Shown piece by piece: positions 36,734 through 46,560 of a DNA stretch of 64,000 bases (position 1 is the stretch's first letter; every line of letters begins with the position of its first letter). The position numbers and the translations under genes were made by a program. The notes under the pieces are model-generated. The model had not been told where the DNA came from, did not search any database, and saw nothing but the letters and a program-made list of their open reading frames with translations. Origin of the DNA: an uncultured virus (IMG/VR IMGVR_UViG_3300047476_001538) (Duplodnaviria > Heunggongvirae > Uroviricota > Caudoviricetes); the IMG/VR virus record IMGVR_UViG_3300047476_001538, positions 1-64,000 of that record. One strand, written 5' to 3'.

Positions 36734-37558
36734 ATGAAAAATTCAAAAAATCACAAATATAATATTGCTATTCTTCTTCCAACAAGAGGAAGAACTGATG
36801 CTTTAAATCGTAGTATTGTTAGTCTGGTAAATCGGGCATTAGATAAAGATAAAATTCAATTACTATTGGCATTTGACAACGACGATAACATTGGATATGA
36901 TTACTTTGAGAAGGAAATTGTTCCTTATCTTGAATCCAAGGGCGTAGATTATGAAGCATTTGAGTTTGATTCATTGGGATACGAAGGATTGAATCAATAT
37001 TACAACTCTCTTGCGAAGAATGCTGACGCAGATTGGTTCTTCATTTGGAACGATGATGCCATCATGGAATCAACCGGATGGGATAGAACTATCGCCTCTC
37101 ATACTGGAAACTTCAAGCTACTAGCAGTTAGAACTCATCGCGATCATCCTTACAGTATTTTCCCAATTATTCCAACCGAGTGGCACGATGTAATGGGCTA
37201 TCTAAGTCGTCATCAGATGATTGATGCCGAGGTAAGCCATATTGCCTATATGCTGGATATATTTGAACGTATTCCCGTATATGTAACTCATGATCGGTTT
37301 GACTTGACTGGAAATAATTTGGATGAAACCGAAATAAACCGAGTCAGATTTGAGGGTAATCCTGATAACCCATTAGATTACTCTAATATTCATAACATTC
37401 ATGGAAGAGTAAAAGATGCTGAATTTTTATCAAAATATCTTCAGTCTAAAGACATGGATATGTCTTGGTGGGAAAATGTAAAAACAGGTAAACAAGATCC
37501 ATGGGAAAAATTAGCAGCTAATGATCCTAATGGCCAAACAGTGAGAACATCAAAATAA
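36734..37558 (+). CDS. GT-A fold glycosyltransferase (GT2-like)
   Basis: ILLPTRGR, DNDD, WNDD (DxD-like); CTAAATA late promoter at 36700. Confidence 0.85.
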   Translation: MKNSKNHKYNIAILLPTRGRTDALNRSIVSLVNRALDKDKIQLLLAFDNDDNIGYDYFEKEIVPYLESKGVDYEAFEFDSLGYEGLNQYYNSLAKNADADWFFIWNDDAIMESTGWDRTIASHTGNFKLLAVRTHRDHPYSIFPIIPTEWHDVMGYLSRHQMIDAEVSHIAYMLDIFERIPVYVTHDRFDLTGNNLDETEINRVRFEGNPDNPLDYSNIHNIHGRVKDAEFLSKYLQSKDMDMSWWENVKTGKQDPWEKLAANDPNGQTVRTSK

Positions 37559-38787
37559 TGAGTGATATAAACGTAAGTACAAAAATAGATAAGTGTATTA
37601 TTACCGGCGAATCGGTTGTTTCCGTTTTAGATTTGGGACAACACTCTTATGCGGATACATTTATCAATGAAGATCAATTGAATCTATCTGAGCCTGTGTT
37701 TCCGTTGCAAGTAAATTTATGCCCATCTTCTGGTCATTTACAACTCGCTTATGTAAGTCACGCCGAAGAGCGATACAATTTGTATAGCTATAGCTATACG
37801 TCAAGCAATTCTGCATTCTCGCGAAATCATTGGGATAACTATGCTCGCGAGGTTAAGAATAGGTTTAGCCCAACATCATTGGTAGTAGAAGTTGGTAGTA
37901 ACGATGGTTACTTGGTTGGCCAATTTTCTGATAGTTGCAAAAAAGTATTAGGCGTGGATATTTCAGGAACGATGTGTTCAATTGCCGAAGATCGTGGTGT
38001 ACCATCAGTTCAGGGTGCGTTTAATAGCAATTTAGGAAAAGAATTACAAGAACTTCATGGTTATGCTGATGTAGTTATTGCTAACAATGTATTAAATCAT
38101 GCCAATGATCCTGTGGATTTTTCAAAAGGAGCAGCTACCTTAATTGGAATCAACGGAACATTCGTTTTTGAAATGCCCTATTGGGTAAGTATGTTAGAAA
38201 GCGGTCGTTTTGTAGATCAGGTATATCATGAGCATATTAGCTATTTTACAATGAAAAGCATTGTAGCAATGTTAAGTAAGGCAGATTTGGTAGTATCTGA
38301 TGTCGAGGTTGTAGACTATCATGGTGGAAGTATTCGCGTATATGCGCGATATAAAACATCGGCAACTCAGTCTCCATTAGTGGATTCTTATATCAAGCAT
38401 GAAGAAGAAAGTGGATATTTTACCAGTGAGTTTTATGACGCACTTGTTAAAAAGTTTTCACAACAACGCTCAGAATGGTTAGCTAATTTTTACAGAATTA
38501 AAAATGAAAACCCAAATGCCATTATCATTGGAGTCGGTGCTGCCGCTAAGGCAATGACATGGCTGAATTATCATGGAATCAATAAAAATGATCTTTGTTA
38601 CATCACGGATTCCAGTGAATTTAAGCAAGGAAAATATACCGCGCTAAGTAGAATTCCTATAGTGTCCGACAATATATTCGCTGAATATCATGATCCCTAT
38701 GCGCTCGTATTGAGTTGGAACATTGGTGATCGGCTAAAAGAAATCTTACTTAGTATTAACCCAAATATCAAATTTATCTCACAATGA
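37558..38787 (+). CDS. NDP-sugar C-methyltransferase (TcaB9/NovU-like)
   Basis: LDLG, EVGSNDG, YHEHISYF, HGGSIR, GAAAKA, KQG, LSWN. Confidence 0.88.
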   Translation: MSDINVSTKIDKCIITGESVVSVLDLGQHSYADTFINEDQLNLSEPVFPLQVNLCPSSGHLQLAYVSHAEERYNLYSYSYTSSNSAFSRNHWDNYAREVKNRFSPTSLVVEVGSNDGYLVGQFSDSCKKVLGVDISGTMCSIAEDRGVPSVQGAFNSNLGKELQELHGYADVVIANNVLNHANDPVDFSKGAATLIGINGTFVFEMPYWVSMLESGRFVDQVYHEHISYFTMKSIVAMLSKADLVVSDVEVVDYHGGSIRVYARYKTSATQSPLVDSYIKHEEESGYFTSEFYDALVKKFSQQRSEWLANFYRIKNENPNAIIIGVGAAAKAMTWLNYHGINKNDLCYITDSSEFKQGKYTALSRIPIVSDNIFAEYHDPYALVLSWNIGDRLKEILLSINPNIKFISQ

Positions 38788-39194
38788 AACGAATCAATAT
38801 TTATAAACCCATTCCAGATTCTGGATTAGAAGTTCACAATGATGACCGAGGATGGATTGCTGATGTATTTTATGGCACCAGCATCAATCATGTTTGTATT
38901 CTAAAGAACAACCCTAACGCTGTTCGTGGCAATCATTATCATAAAAACACGGTTCAACACACGCTGTTGACCAAAGGAAAAATGCGCTACTGGTGGCAAG
39001 TATCTGATAAAAGCCAAGCCTCTAATTTTATTGACGTTGAGGTTGGTGATCTTATTACTAGTGAACCCAATGAGATTCATACTCTACAGTTTTTAGATGA
39101 AGACTCTGAGTGCGTTGTTTTTACAGAAGGACCTCGCGGTGGTGTAGATTACGAGTCTGACACATATAGAGTGGAGTCTATTATTTCAGAATGA
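38784..39194 (+). CDS. Cupin sugar epimerase/3,4-ketoisomerase (RmlC/WxcM-like)
   Basis: DDRG, RGNHYH, H in second cupin motif. Confidence 0.8.
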   Translation: MKRINIYKPIPDSGLEVHNDDRGWIADVFYGTSINHVCILKNNPNAVRGNHYHKNTVQHTLLTKGKMRYWWQVSDKSQASNFIDVEVGDLITSEPNEIHTLQFLDEDSECVVFTEGPRGGVDYESDTYRVESIISE

Positions 39195-39784
39195 AAGCTT
39201 TAGTATTTGGAGCCTCTGGTGGCATAGGCAATGCAACTGCTGGTCTTCTTAACGACAAGGATCATCAAGTAATCAGATTATCCAGTGTAAATGTTGATTT
39301 TACCGACATCGATAGCTGTGATGTTATATATTATTACTTGAAAAAGAACGACCCAGATGTTATAATCAATTGTGCCGGATATCTGACAGACAATTGTGAA
39401 TCCGGACATAATACGCTCTACATCAACGTAGAATCAAATTGGTCTATCATCAGATATTATATGGATAATCCGCCTATTAAGCCTGTTCATATTGTTTTAG
39501 TGGGCAGTAGTGCGTATAGAGAGGGGAAAAAGCAATACATGATGTATTCAGCGAGTAAAGCTGCCCTTCATAATTTATGGGAAGGTGCCGCTGACTACTT
39601 TAAAAACACCAATGTTACGATAAGCATCATTCATCCCGTGAGAACAAGGTCTAAGATGACAATCAATAGATTTTCACCAGATTTGGATTATTTTGAGCCA
39701 GAAGAAGTGGCAGAAAGAATACTATCAATGATTGATGATAATGAAAGTAAGTGTATTAAAATATCATTCGAGGAAAAACAATGA
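39191..39784 (+). CDS. SDR family oxidoreductase
   Basis: GASGGIG, NCAG, YSASK. Confidence 0.85.
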   Translation: MKALVFGASGGIGNATAGLLNDKDHQVIRLSSVNVDFTDIDSCDVIYYYLKKNDPDVIINCAGYLTDNCESGHNTLYINVESNWSIIRYYMDNPPIKPVHIVLVGSSAYREGKKQYMMYSASKAALHNLWEGAADYFKNTNVTISIIHPVRTRSKMTINRFSPDLDYFEPEEVAERILSMIDDNESKCIKISFEEKQ

Positions 39785-40551
39785 AAAAATTAGGACTATT
39801 GGGTAAGGGAACCGTCGGTTCCGCAGTATATGAGGGACTGAAATCAATCGGACATAATATGTCATATTATGATCCATCCCATCCAGAAACAAAATTTGAA
39901 GACATTCTTGATACTGAGTGTGTATTTATTTGTGTACCAACCGATCAAGCCGACAACGGTGAGTGCGATGTATCCATCGTGAACTCGGTGGTTGCTCAAC
40001 TTAACGAAGTTGGCTACAAAGGACTTGTTGCTATCAAGAGCACGGTTGTTCCGGGAACTTCGGCAAGGTTACAAGAAGAATATCCTTCTTTGCGAATGGC
40101 ATCAGTTCCGGAATTTTTAAGAGCAAAAACAGCATTGGCCGATTTTGTATACAACCATGATGTGTTGGTCATCGGGACATTCAATGAATCAGATGCTAAT
40201 TTGGTTGAAGAAATTCACGGAAGTTTGCCAAAATCAGTGAGCAAGATTTCTCCCACGGAAGCAGAGATCATTAAGTATTTTAACAACGTACATCATTCTG
40301 TATCTATTATCTTCGCAAATATTGCATACGAAGTCTGCAAGCGGCTTGGTGTAAATTACAGCAATGTTTATGAAACTATTATCAAGCGAGAATGCTTCAA
40401 TCCTGCCTATCTGAAGTGTAACGACAATATGCGTGGATTTGGCGGTCATTGTTTGCCCAAGGATACCAGCGCATGGAATAATCTGATTAAAAATCTTGGT
40501 CTTGAATTTGAATTGATTCAAGCTGCTCTTAACGATAATAAGAGGGTATAA
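39781..40551 (+). CDS. UDP-glucose/GDP-mannose dehydrogenase family (C-terminally short)
   Basis: GKGTVG, ICVPT, IKSTVVPGT, PEFL, GFGGHCLPKD. Confidence 0.88.
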   Translation: MKKLGLLGKGTVGSAVYEGLKSIGHNMSYYDPSHPETKFEDILDTECVFICVPTDQADNGECDVSIVNSVVAQLNEVGYKGLVAIKSTVVPGTSARLQEEYPSLRMASVPEFLRAKTALADFVYNHDVLVIGTFNESDANLVEEIHGSLPKSVSKISPTEAEIIKYFNNVHHSVSIIFANIAYEVCKRLGVNYSNVYETIIKRECFNPAYLKCNDNMRGFGGHCLPKDTSAWNNLIKNLGLEFELIQAALNDNKRV

Positions 40552-41456
40552 TGGCAAAAATTCTTGTAACAGGAGCCAGTGGTCTGCTTGGAACAGAGAT
40601 ATGCAAGCAGCTGAAAGATTCAACTAATCATATTGTTACTGCACTTGATAATCATTCTCGTTCTGATTCTATTCCCCCATGTGATCAATGGGTAAGAGCA
40701 GATTTGAGAAATAAGGATACATTAGATCATCTTGGGTTTGATTGGGATTATATCTATCATTACTCTGCTATCAATGGCACCACCAACTTCTACGAACGCC
40801 CAAATGAGGTGTTGACCAATAACTTTATTAGCGATGTATCAGTTTTTGAGTTTGCATCCAAGTGTAAAAATCTAAAAAAGATTATTTACGCAAGCACCAG
40901 TGAAATGGTTAGCGACGAGCCGCTATGTCCAACCCCAGAACTCAGTGATATCACTATAAAAGATATTCATAATGCTCGTTGGAGTTATCGTATCGCTAAA
41001 TTAGCCAGTGAAAACTACTTAGCCAATAGCAAATTACCTTATGTCACTATTCGTTATTTTAATATCTATGGTCCCGGTAGCAAGGCTGGTCATTTTGTTG
41101 CAGACCAGATTGCCAAGATTAAGCGAGGAATCTTTGAAATTGTCGGTGGCGATGAGTCTCGCAGTTTTTGCTATATTGAGGACGCTATTCAAGCAACTAT
41201 CTATTGTGGCGAACATGTCGGCGGCACCGTCATCAATGTTGGCAACGATCAGGAAACGAATATCGGAGAGGCGTGTAAAATTATTGGAACGCTCATGGGT
41301 TATGAAAATGCGCAATGGACCACCATTCCAGGCAGAGATGGCAGCACCAAGCGGCGTTTACCTGATATTAACCGATTACGATCTATTATGCCTTCATATT
41401 CTCCGAGAACCTTTACAGAAGGGATGATTGATATTGTAAGAGAATTGTCACTTTAA
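40551..41456 (+). CDS. NAD-dependent epimerase/decarboxylase (UDP-glucuronate decarboxylase-like)
   Basis: TGASGLLG, ASTSE, RWSYxxAK, RYFNIYGP, RSFCYIED. Confidence 0.85.
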   Translation: MAKILVTGASGLLGTEICKQLKDSTNHIVTALDNHSRSDSIPPCDQWVRADLRNKDTLDHLGFDWDYIYHYSAINGTTNFYERPNEVLTNNFISDVSVFEFASKCKNLKKIIYASTSEMVSDEPLCPTPELSDITIKDIHNARWSYRIAKLASENYLANSKLPYVTIRYFNIYGPGSKAGHFVADQIAKIKRGIFEIVGGDESRSFCYIEDAIQATIYCGEHVGGTVINVGNDQETNIGEACKIIGTLMGYENAQWTTIPGRDGSTKRRLPDINRLRSIMPSYSPRTFTEGMIDIVRELSL

Positions 41457-41459
41457 TCA

Positions 41460-41500
41460 TTGACGAGGTTGAGTGTTTCTGATATAGTTAGACACTCAAC
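41460..41500 (+). promoter_or_regulatory. Sigma70-type promoter with -10 enclosed in an inverted repeat
   Basis: TTGACG-N17-TATAGT; GTTGAGTGT/ACACTCAAC. Confidence 0.65.
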
Positions 41501-41517
41501 ACTATGAGATAACCAGT

Positions 41518-42030
41518 ATGAAAAATGTGTTAATTGATTGGAAAACTATTGAGAATTATACACTTGAAATTGCTCGACAGATTTCAAGTAGTCGTTGGCA
41601 ACCTGACTATGTCGTAGGCGTAACACGTGGTGGATTGATGTCTGCCACGTTGTTGAGCGACTGGTTTAATTGCCCAATGCACACGTTGGAAGTTCATTTT
41701 AAAAGAGGCGAACCCGACGGATGCGAATCCGTGTTGTGGATGGCAGAAGATGCTTTTGGTGAACACGGAGATAAGAAAAACATTCTGGTTATTGATGATA
41801 TAAACAAGGCAGGGAATGTCATCAATTGGATAATAAATGATTGGCAAGATTCTTGCCATCCAACTGATCCTCGCTGGGAAGATGTATGGGGGAATAATGT
41901 ACGATTCTCGGCATTAGTTGACAAGCCTTGCGGAAAAATTCTACATCACGTAGATTATAGCGCAACGTCAATGGACCTTGACGACGAATGTTGGATACAT
42001 ATGCCTTGGCAAAATTGGTGGATGAGGTAA
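41518..42030 (+). CDS. Type I phosphoribosyltransferase (Gpt-like)
   Basis: VGVTRGG, ILVIDDI, WIxMPW. Confidence 0.85.
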   Translation: MKNVLIDWKTIENYTLEIARQISSSRWQPDYVVGVTRGGLMSATLLSDWFNCPMHTLEVHFKRGEPDGCESVLWMAEDAFGEHGDKKNILVIDDINKAGNVINWIINDWQDSCHPTDPRWEDVWGNNVRFSALVDKPCGKILHHVDYSATSMDLDDECWIHMPWQNWWMR

Positions 42031-42035
42031 TTATT

Positions 42036-42461
42036 ATGAGAGCAGGAGATTTTCACAACATGGTTGGTCAACGAAGATACGTCACTCGCCCTAATCGCGA
42101 GTGGGAGTGTTTTAAATCGGCCAACAGTCATTTACACAGAAGCAGGGATGCCTCACTGACAGCAGGATTAACATTCTGCACGTCTGGTTATACTTCTGGT
42201 GGACAACAACCCCTTTATCATACTCCGGTATACGAACTTGGGGTGATAGATAAGTCTACGAATCGGGCTATTCGTTGGTTGCATCCTGATTTTAAAGAGG
42301 ATTTCATCAAGGAATGCGAGAGTAAAGGAATTGATTGGACAAATGCAATTGATGATCTATCATTTGTTACTATTGACGATTATGATGAATCTCGTTCAAA
42401 AGTAAGAGAATTGATATCGGAATTTTACAAATCCCACCCAGGATATGACATATACGATTAG
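42036..42461 (+). CDS. Hypothetical protein (paralog of 52648-53121)
   Basis: Shared AIRWxxPxxKxxFxxECxxKxID. Confidence 0.75.
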   Translation: MRAGDFHNMVGQRRYVTRPNREWECFKSANSHLHRSRDASLTAGLTFCTSGYTSGGQQPLYHTPVYELGVIDKSTNRAIRWLHPDFKEDFIKECESKGIDWTNAIDDLSFVTIDDYDESRSKVRELISEFYKSHPGYDIYD

Positions 42462-42494
42462 GTCTAATTAGATTATCAACAGGGAAATTATTTT

Positions 42495-43604
42495 ATGTAT
42501 TTTTTTACAAGTGAAAGCGTAAGCGAAGGTCATCCGGATAAGGTGGCCGATGCTATTAGTGATGCTATCTTAGATTTGGCATTATCAGTAAAAACAACTG
42601 AAGCAAAACAAGCTACAAGAGTGGCTTGCGAAACCATGGTCACAACCAATAGAGTTATTGTGGCCGGTGAATACAAGGGTGTATTAAATGACACCGATGT
42701 AGAGGCTACCATTAAACAGGTGGTCAAAGATATAGGATATGAACAAGATGGATTTAATTGGAAGACTTTAAAGATTAGTAATTATCTTCATGGTCAAAGT
42801 GCTGATATTGCCTTGGGAACAGATAATCTTGGTGCCGGTGATCAGGGAATTATGTTTGGTTTCGCAAACGATGATACCGAAGAGTATATGCCAGCAGCAA
42901 TTTATTACAGTCACAAGATAGTAAAGCGATTGGCCGAGATTAGAAAAGCAGGTGAGTCTATGCTTGGACCCGATGCAAAGTCTCAGGTCACTATAGAATA
43001 CACTGTTGACAATCGCGTTGATAACATACCAAAAATTGTATGTTCAACCCAACATTCTTCAGATAGCGAAATTAAGCAAGTCAAAGAATTGGTGCTGAAT
43101 ACTATTCATGAAGTTATTCCTAGCCATTTACTCACTAATAACACCGAGTATCTAATCAACCCTACTGGAAGATTTGTAATTGGTGGACCAGATGGAGATT
43201 GTGGTCTTACTGGCAGGAAGATTATCGTTGACACTTATGGTGGATATTCACCACATGGCGGTGGTGCATTCTCTGGCAAGGATCCATCCAAGGTTGATAG
43301 GTCGGCGGCATATATGTCTCGCTATCTTGCTAAAAACATTGTCAGCCATTATGGTGGTAGATCAGCAACCGTTCAGCTATCTTATGCCATTGGCGTAAAA
43401 GAACCTACTTCAATCTTTGTTATGTTGGATGGTAAAGTGAGAGAAGACATTGCATCAAGAATTAAATGTTTGGTAGATTTAACGCCGAAGGGTATCATTG
43501 ACAGGTTTGATCTATTCAGGCCGATTTACAGAAAAACAACCAACTATGGACATTTTGGCAAATCCGACAATGATCTGGCTTGGGAAAACATCAATCTATT
43601 TTAA
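42495..43604 (+). CDS. metK: S-adenosylmethionine synthetase
   Basis: FTSESVSEGHPDK, GAGDQG, GLTGRKIIVDTYGG, GGGAFSGKD. Confidence 0.97.
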   Translation: MYFFTSESVSEGHPDKVADAISDAILDLALSVKTTEAKQATRVACETMVTTNRVIVAGEYKGVLNDTDVEATIKQVVKDIGYEQDGFNWKTLKISNYLHGQSADIALGTDNLGAGDQGIMFGFANDDTEEYMPAAIYYSHKIVKRLAEIRKAGESMLGPDAKSQVTIEYTVDNRVDNIPKIVCSTQHSSDSEIKQVKELVLNTIHEVIPSHLLTNNTEYLINPTGRFVIGGPDGDCGLTGRKIIVDTYGGYSPHGGGAFSGKDPSKVDRSAAYMSRYLAKNIVSHYGGRSATVQLSYAIGVKEPTSIFVMLDGKVREDIASRIKCLVDLTPKGIIDRFDLFRPIYRKTTNYGHFGKSDNDLAWENINLF

Positions 43605-43613
43605 TTAAGTAAA

Positions 43614-43988
43614 ATGAAATGGTTCAGTAATCTTTTCAAAAGAAAGAAAAAACAAGTTAAGAAAAAAGAAGCGTTAAGCGAGATAGAGGTAGCCACTCAA
43701 CGAGGCGAACCTTATGTTGCTATTTTAAGCATGGACATTGATCCAAATAACCCACACGAAGGTTCGTTTGAATTAGAATGGAATGATAAATTTCTCACGA
43801 CCTTGATTCGTCATGGATATCAAAAATCGGAGAATGACACGGATGCTGATATTGTGGATCGGTGGTTTGTTACTTTGTGTAGGCATGTAGTATTAGAGAC
43901 ATTTGAACAATATGAGGCTATGTTGCCTGATGTTCACCGAGTAATTAAACAAAAAAATATTGGGGACGGATTTTCAGAAGCCTCTTGA
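43614..43988 (+). CDS. Conserved hypothetical phage protein
   Basis: GEPYV, G.FELEWNDKF, IVDRWF. Confidence 0.8.
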   Translation: MKWFSNLFKRKKKQVKKKEALSEIEVATQRGEPYVAILSMDIDPNNPHEGSFELEWNDKFLTTLIRHGYQKSENDTDADIVDRWFVTLCRHVVLETFEQYEAMLPDVHRVIKQKNIGDGFSEAS

Positions 43989-44025
43989 CTCATTGACGAC
44001 GATATGATATAATAATCATATCGTC
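43985..44025 (+). promoter_or_regulatory. Sigma70-type promoter with -10 enclosed in an inverted repeat
   Basis: TTGACT-N17-TATAAT; GACGATATGAT/ATCATATCGTC. Confidence 0.7.
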
Positions 44026-44039
44026 ACAGGAGAAATTAA

Positions 44040-45053
44040 ATGCGTTTTTTGTTAGTGGATTTGGCCAATACTTTTTTCAGAAGTAGGCATGCTGCGTTTA
44101 GATCATCATCTATTGATGAAAAAATTGGTATGGCTCTTCATATCACCATATCATCGGTCAATTCATTGGCCAAAAAATTTGATCCAGATCATGTCGTTTT
44201 CGCTCTCGAAGGAAGATCATGGAGAAAGGATTTTTATGAACCTTATAAAAGAAATAGGCAAGTTGCCAGAAATGCTCTCACAACGAAAGAACAAGAAGAA
44301 GAGCAATTATTTTGGGAAATTTACGAAGAACTTGTAAATTATCTTACCACAAAAACAAATTGTAGTGTAATCCGATGTCCTACAGCAGAAGGTGACGATG
44401 TTATTGCCCGATGGATTGCCATGCATCCAAATGATCATCATACTATAATCAGTTCAGATTCGGACTTCGCCCAATTATTATCTGAGAATGTAAATCAATA
44501 TAATGGTATTGCCGATGAATTGATTACCCTTGATGGCATCACAACCATTGATGGCAAACCAATTCTTGATAAGAAAACCAAGGAACCAAAAGCAGCACCG
44601 AATCCAGAATGGTTATTGTTTGAGAAAATCATTCGCGGAGATACATCTGACAATATCTTTTCTGCTTATCCTGGCGTAAGAACAAATGGCTCTAAGAACA
44701 AAGTTGGACTGAGAGAAGCATTTGATGATAGGCATAAAAAAGGATGGGCATGGAATAACCTACAATTGCAACGATGGACTGATCATAATGGCGATGAGCA
44801 CAAAGTGCTTGATGATTACAATAGAAATAAAATCCTCATAGACTTGACATGCCAACCAGAAGATGTTAAACTTCAAATAGACACATCCATCAGAGAAGGC
44901 ATTACTGAGGAATCTGTATCACAAGTAGGGGTAAAATTCCTTAAATTCTGTGGCAAACATTCTTTAATAAAGCTCGGTGATCAGGCGGAATCGGTAGGAA
45001 GATGGATGTCTAAAGTATATTGCGGAGAAGTAAAAAATGACAGTGATTGCTAA
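44040..45053 (+). CDS. rnh: RNase H / 5'-3' exonuclease (T4 rnh, FEN family)
   Basis: SWRK..Y..YK.NR, EGDDVI, SSDSDF.QL, GDTSDNI. Confidence 0.9.
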   Translation: MRFLLVDLANTFFRSRHAAFRSSSIDEKIGMALHITISSVNSLAKKFDPDHVVFALEGRSWRKDFYEPYKRNRQVARNALTTKEQEEEQLFWEIYEELVNYLTTKTNCSVIRCPTAEGDDVIARWIAMHPNDHHTIISSDSDFAQLLSENVNQYNGIADELITLDGITTIDGKPILDKKTKEPKAAPNPEWLLFEKIIRGDTSDNIFSAYPGVRTNGSKNKVGLREAFDDRHKKGWAWNNLQLQRWTDHNGDEHKVLDDYNRNKILIDLTCQPEDVKLQIDTSIREGITEESVSQVGVKFLKFCGKHSLIKLGDQAESVGRWMSKVYCGEVKNDSDC

Positions 45054-45462
45054 ACCGATTGTTGACAAAAAATTCTGGATTCTAACTGAAAACGACGTTA
45101 AGGTTGGAAACGTAGAGGCAGATAACACTGGTTATCAGATTAAAATCAACAATCAGGTAACTCATGTAAAGTCAATAAAAAACATTGAAAAAATCATTGA
45201 TGTAACATTTCAACCAGCTATCGGAGTCAAACACAGAAAGGATACGGTTCATGGGTATCCTGCTGGAAAAAATATTCATAATGCTGTGTGGGATTTGACT
45301 CAAAATCTACCATTGTTTACAAAAACAAAAAGAAGTAAGTGTTGGTTTGCGGCTGGTTGGTACAAAGTAACTCGTGAGGACGCAACATCCAGTATTTACT
45401 GCCCAAAATTGATTATTTTACGAAGATATCCCTACGAGGGACCATTTTATCAGGAGACATAA
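45037..45462 (+). CDS. Conserved hypothetical phage protein
   Basis: LPLFTK...S...AAGWY...CPK...RY.Y.GPF. Confidence 0.8.
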   Translation: MTVIAKPIVDKKFWILTENDVKVGNVEADNTGYQIKINNQVTHVKSIKNIEKIIDVTFQPAIGVKHRKDTVHGYPAGKNIHNAVWDLTQNLPLFTKTKRSKCWFAAGWYKVTREDATSSIYCPKLIILRRYPYEGPFYQET

Positions 45463-45824
45463 TGAGCGTATTTTTAGATCATGAAAAATTCATGACAGCA
45501 TGTGATCAGAGCGTAGGTATTTTAAATGAGGATCAATTCAATCTATATAAGCGATTGATTGATGAAGAGGTAGAAGAACTGAATGAGGCTATTGATGCTA
45601 AAGATCGTGTAGAACAACTTGACGCATTGTTGGATATTTTAGTCGTGTCTATCGGCGCAATACACTCACTCGGTGTAGATAGCGAAGGTGCATGGAACGA
45701 GGTTGTTCGTAGTAACATGAGTAAGATTGATAAAGAATCTGGCAAGGTATTAAAGCGAGATGATGGCAAGGTATTAAAGCCGGCCTCATTTAGTCCACCC
45801 AATCTTGTTCCATTTGTGAAATGA
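45462..45824 (+). CDS. MazG-like / PRA-PH nucleotide pyrophosphohydrolase
   Basis: LIDEEVEEL...EQLDALLD, V..SNMSK, DGKVLKP. Confidence 0.85.
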   Translation: MSVFLDHEKFMTACDQSVGILNEDQFNLYKRLIDEEVEELNEAIDAKDRVEQLDALLDILVVSIGAIHSLGVDSEGAWNEVVRSNMSKIDKESGKVLKRDDGKVLKPASFSPPNLVPFVK

Positions 45825-46051
45825 CCAAGGAATACAAAATAAAATCAGAAGATATCGTTGGCGTTGGACAAGATGATTGCTATCTTGATCCAAGCGATCC
45901 CGCCTATGCGCTATTAGGCAATGATAATCTATTGCACAAGCACAGGGTTGTTGAGGAAGAAAAGAAGATAGAATCATGGGAAGACAAGTATGCTCGAGAG
46001 CATAACATCAAGCCAGGTTCACCGGCATGGTTTGCACTGAGGGGAAAATGA
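45821..46051 (+). CDS. Hypothetical protein
   Basis: IKPGSPAWF motif; ATGA overlap. Confidence 0.75.
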   Translation: MTKEYKIKSEDIVGVGQDDCYLDPSDPAYALLGNDNLLHKHRVVEEEKKIESWEDKYAREHNIKPGSPAWFALRGK

Positions 46052-46275
46052 TTCAAATTCAAAAATTTATCAATAAAATTCGGTCATTTGATGCCAGAGG
46101 TGTTCGTGACTTCACGATGCCACTATCTGATGCGAAAGACTTGCATACAGAAATAACATCACTGTTGCTACAGATGGAAGATATGCGATCAAAACTTATT
46201 GAACAGGTAGAAAGTCAAGAGATCACTAACACCATTATGTCGGGTGGCTCGTTTAAGGAAAGCAATTCAGGATGA
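46048..46275 (+). CDS. Hypothetical protein
   Basis: GAGG RBS, ATGA overlap. Confidence 0.75.
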   Translation: MIQIQKFINKIRSFDARGVRDFTMPLSDAKDLHTEITSLLLQMEDMRSKLIEQVESQEITNTIMSGGSFKESNSG

Positions 46276-46278
46276 AGT

Positions 46279-46560
46279 ATGACAAAACAAACCATTATTT
46301 TAGAGCACGTAGATAAGAAAACATTTAACTCTGATCAAATTGTAACCTCTGATGGTTTGTTTACTATTTGCTATGATGATAAGCCCATAAATTATCGTAA
46401 ATGCAATATACTATCTGATTTAGTGAAAACCCAGTATAAGAATACGACATTTACCAATAAAACAAGGGCTATTACTCAAGCAAAAAAATTGAATAAGTTG
46501 TTTAAGACAAACAAGTTTACAGTAGCGATTCTCACAAAAAGTGACCAAGTCTATCCTTAA
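46279..46560 (+). CDS. Hypothetical protein
   Basis: A.KLN.LFKT..F.V motif. Confidence 0.75.
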   Translation: MTKQTIILEHVDKKTFNSDQIVTSDGLFTICYDDKPINYRKCNILSDLVKTQYKNTTFTNKTRAITQAKKLNKLFKTNKFTVAILTKSDQVYP

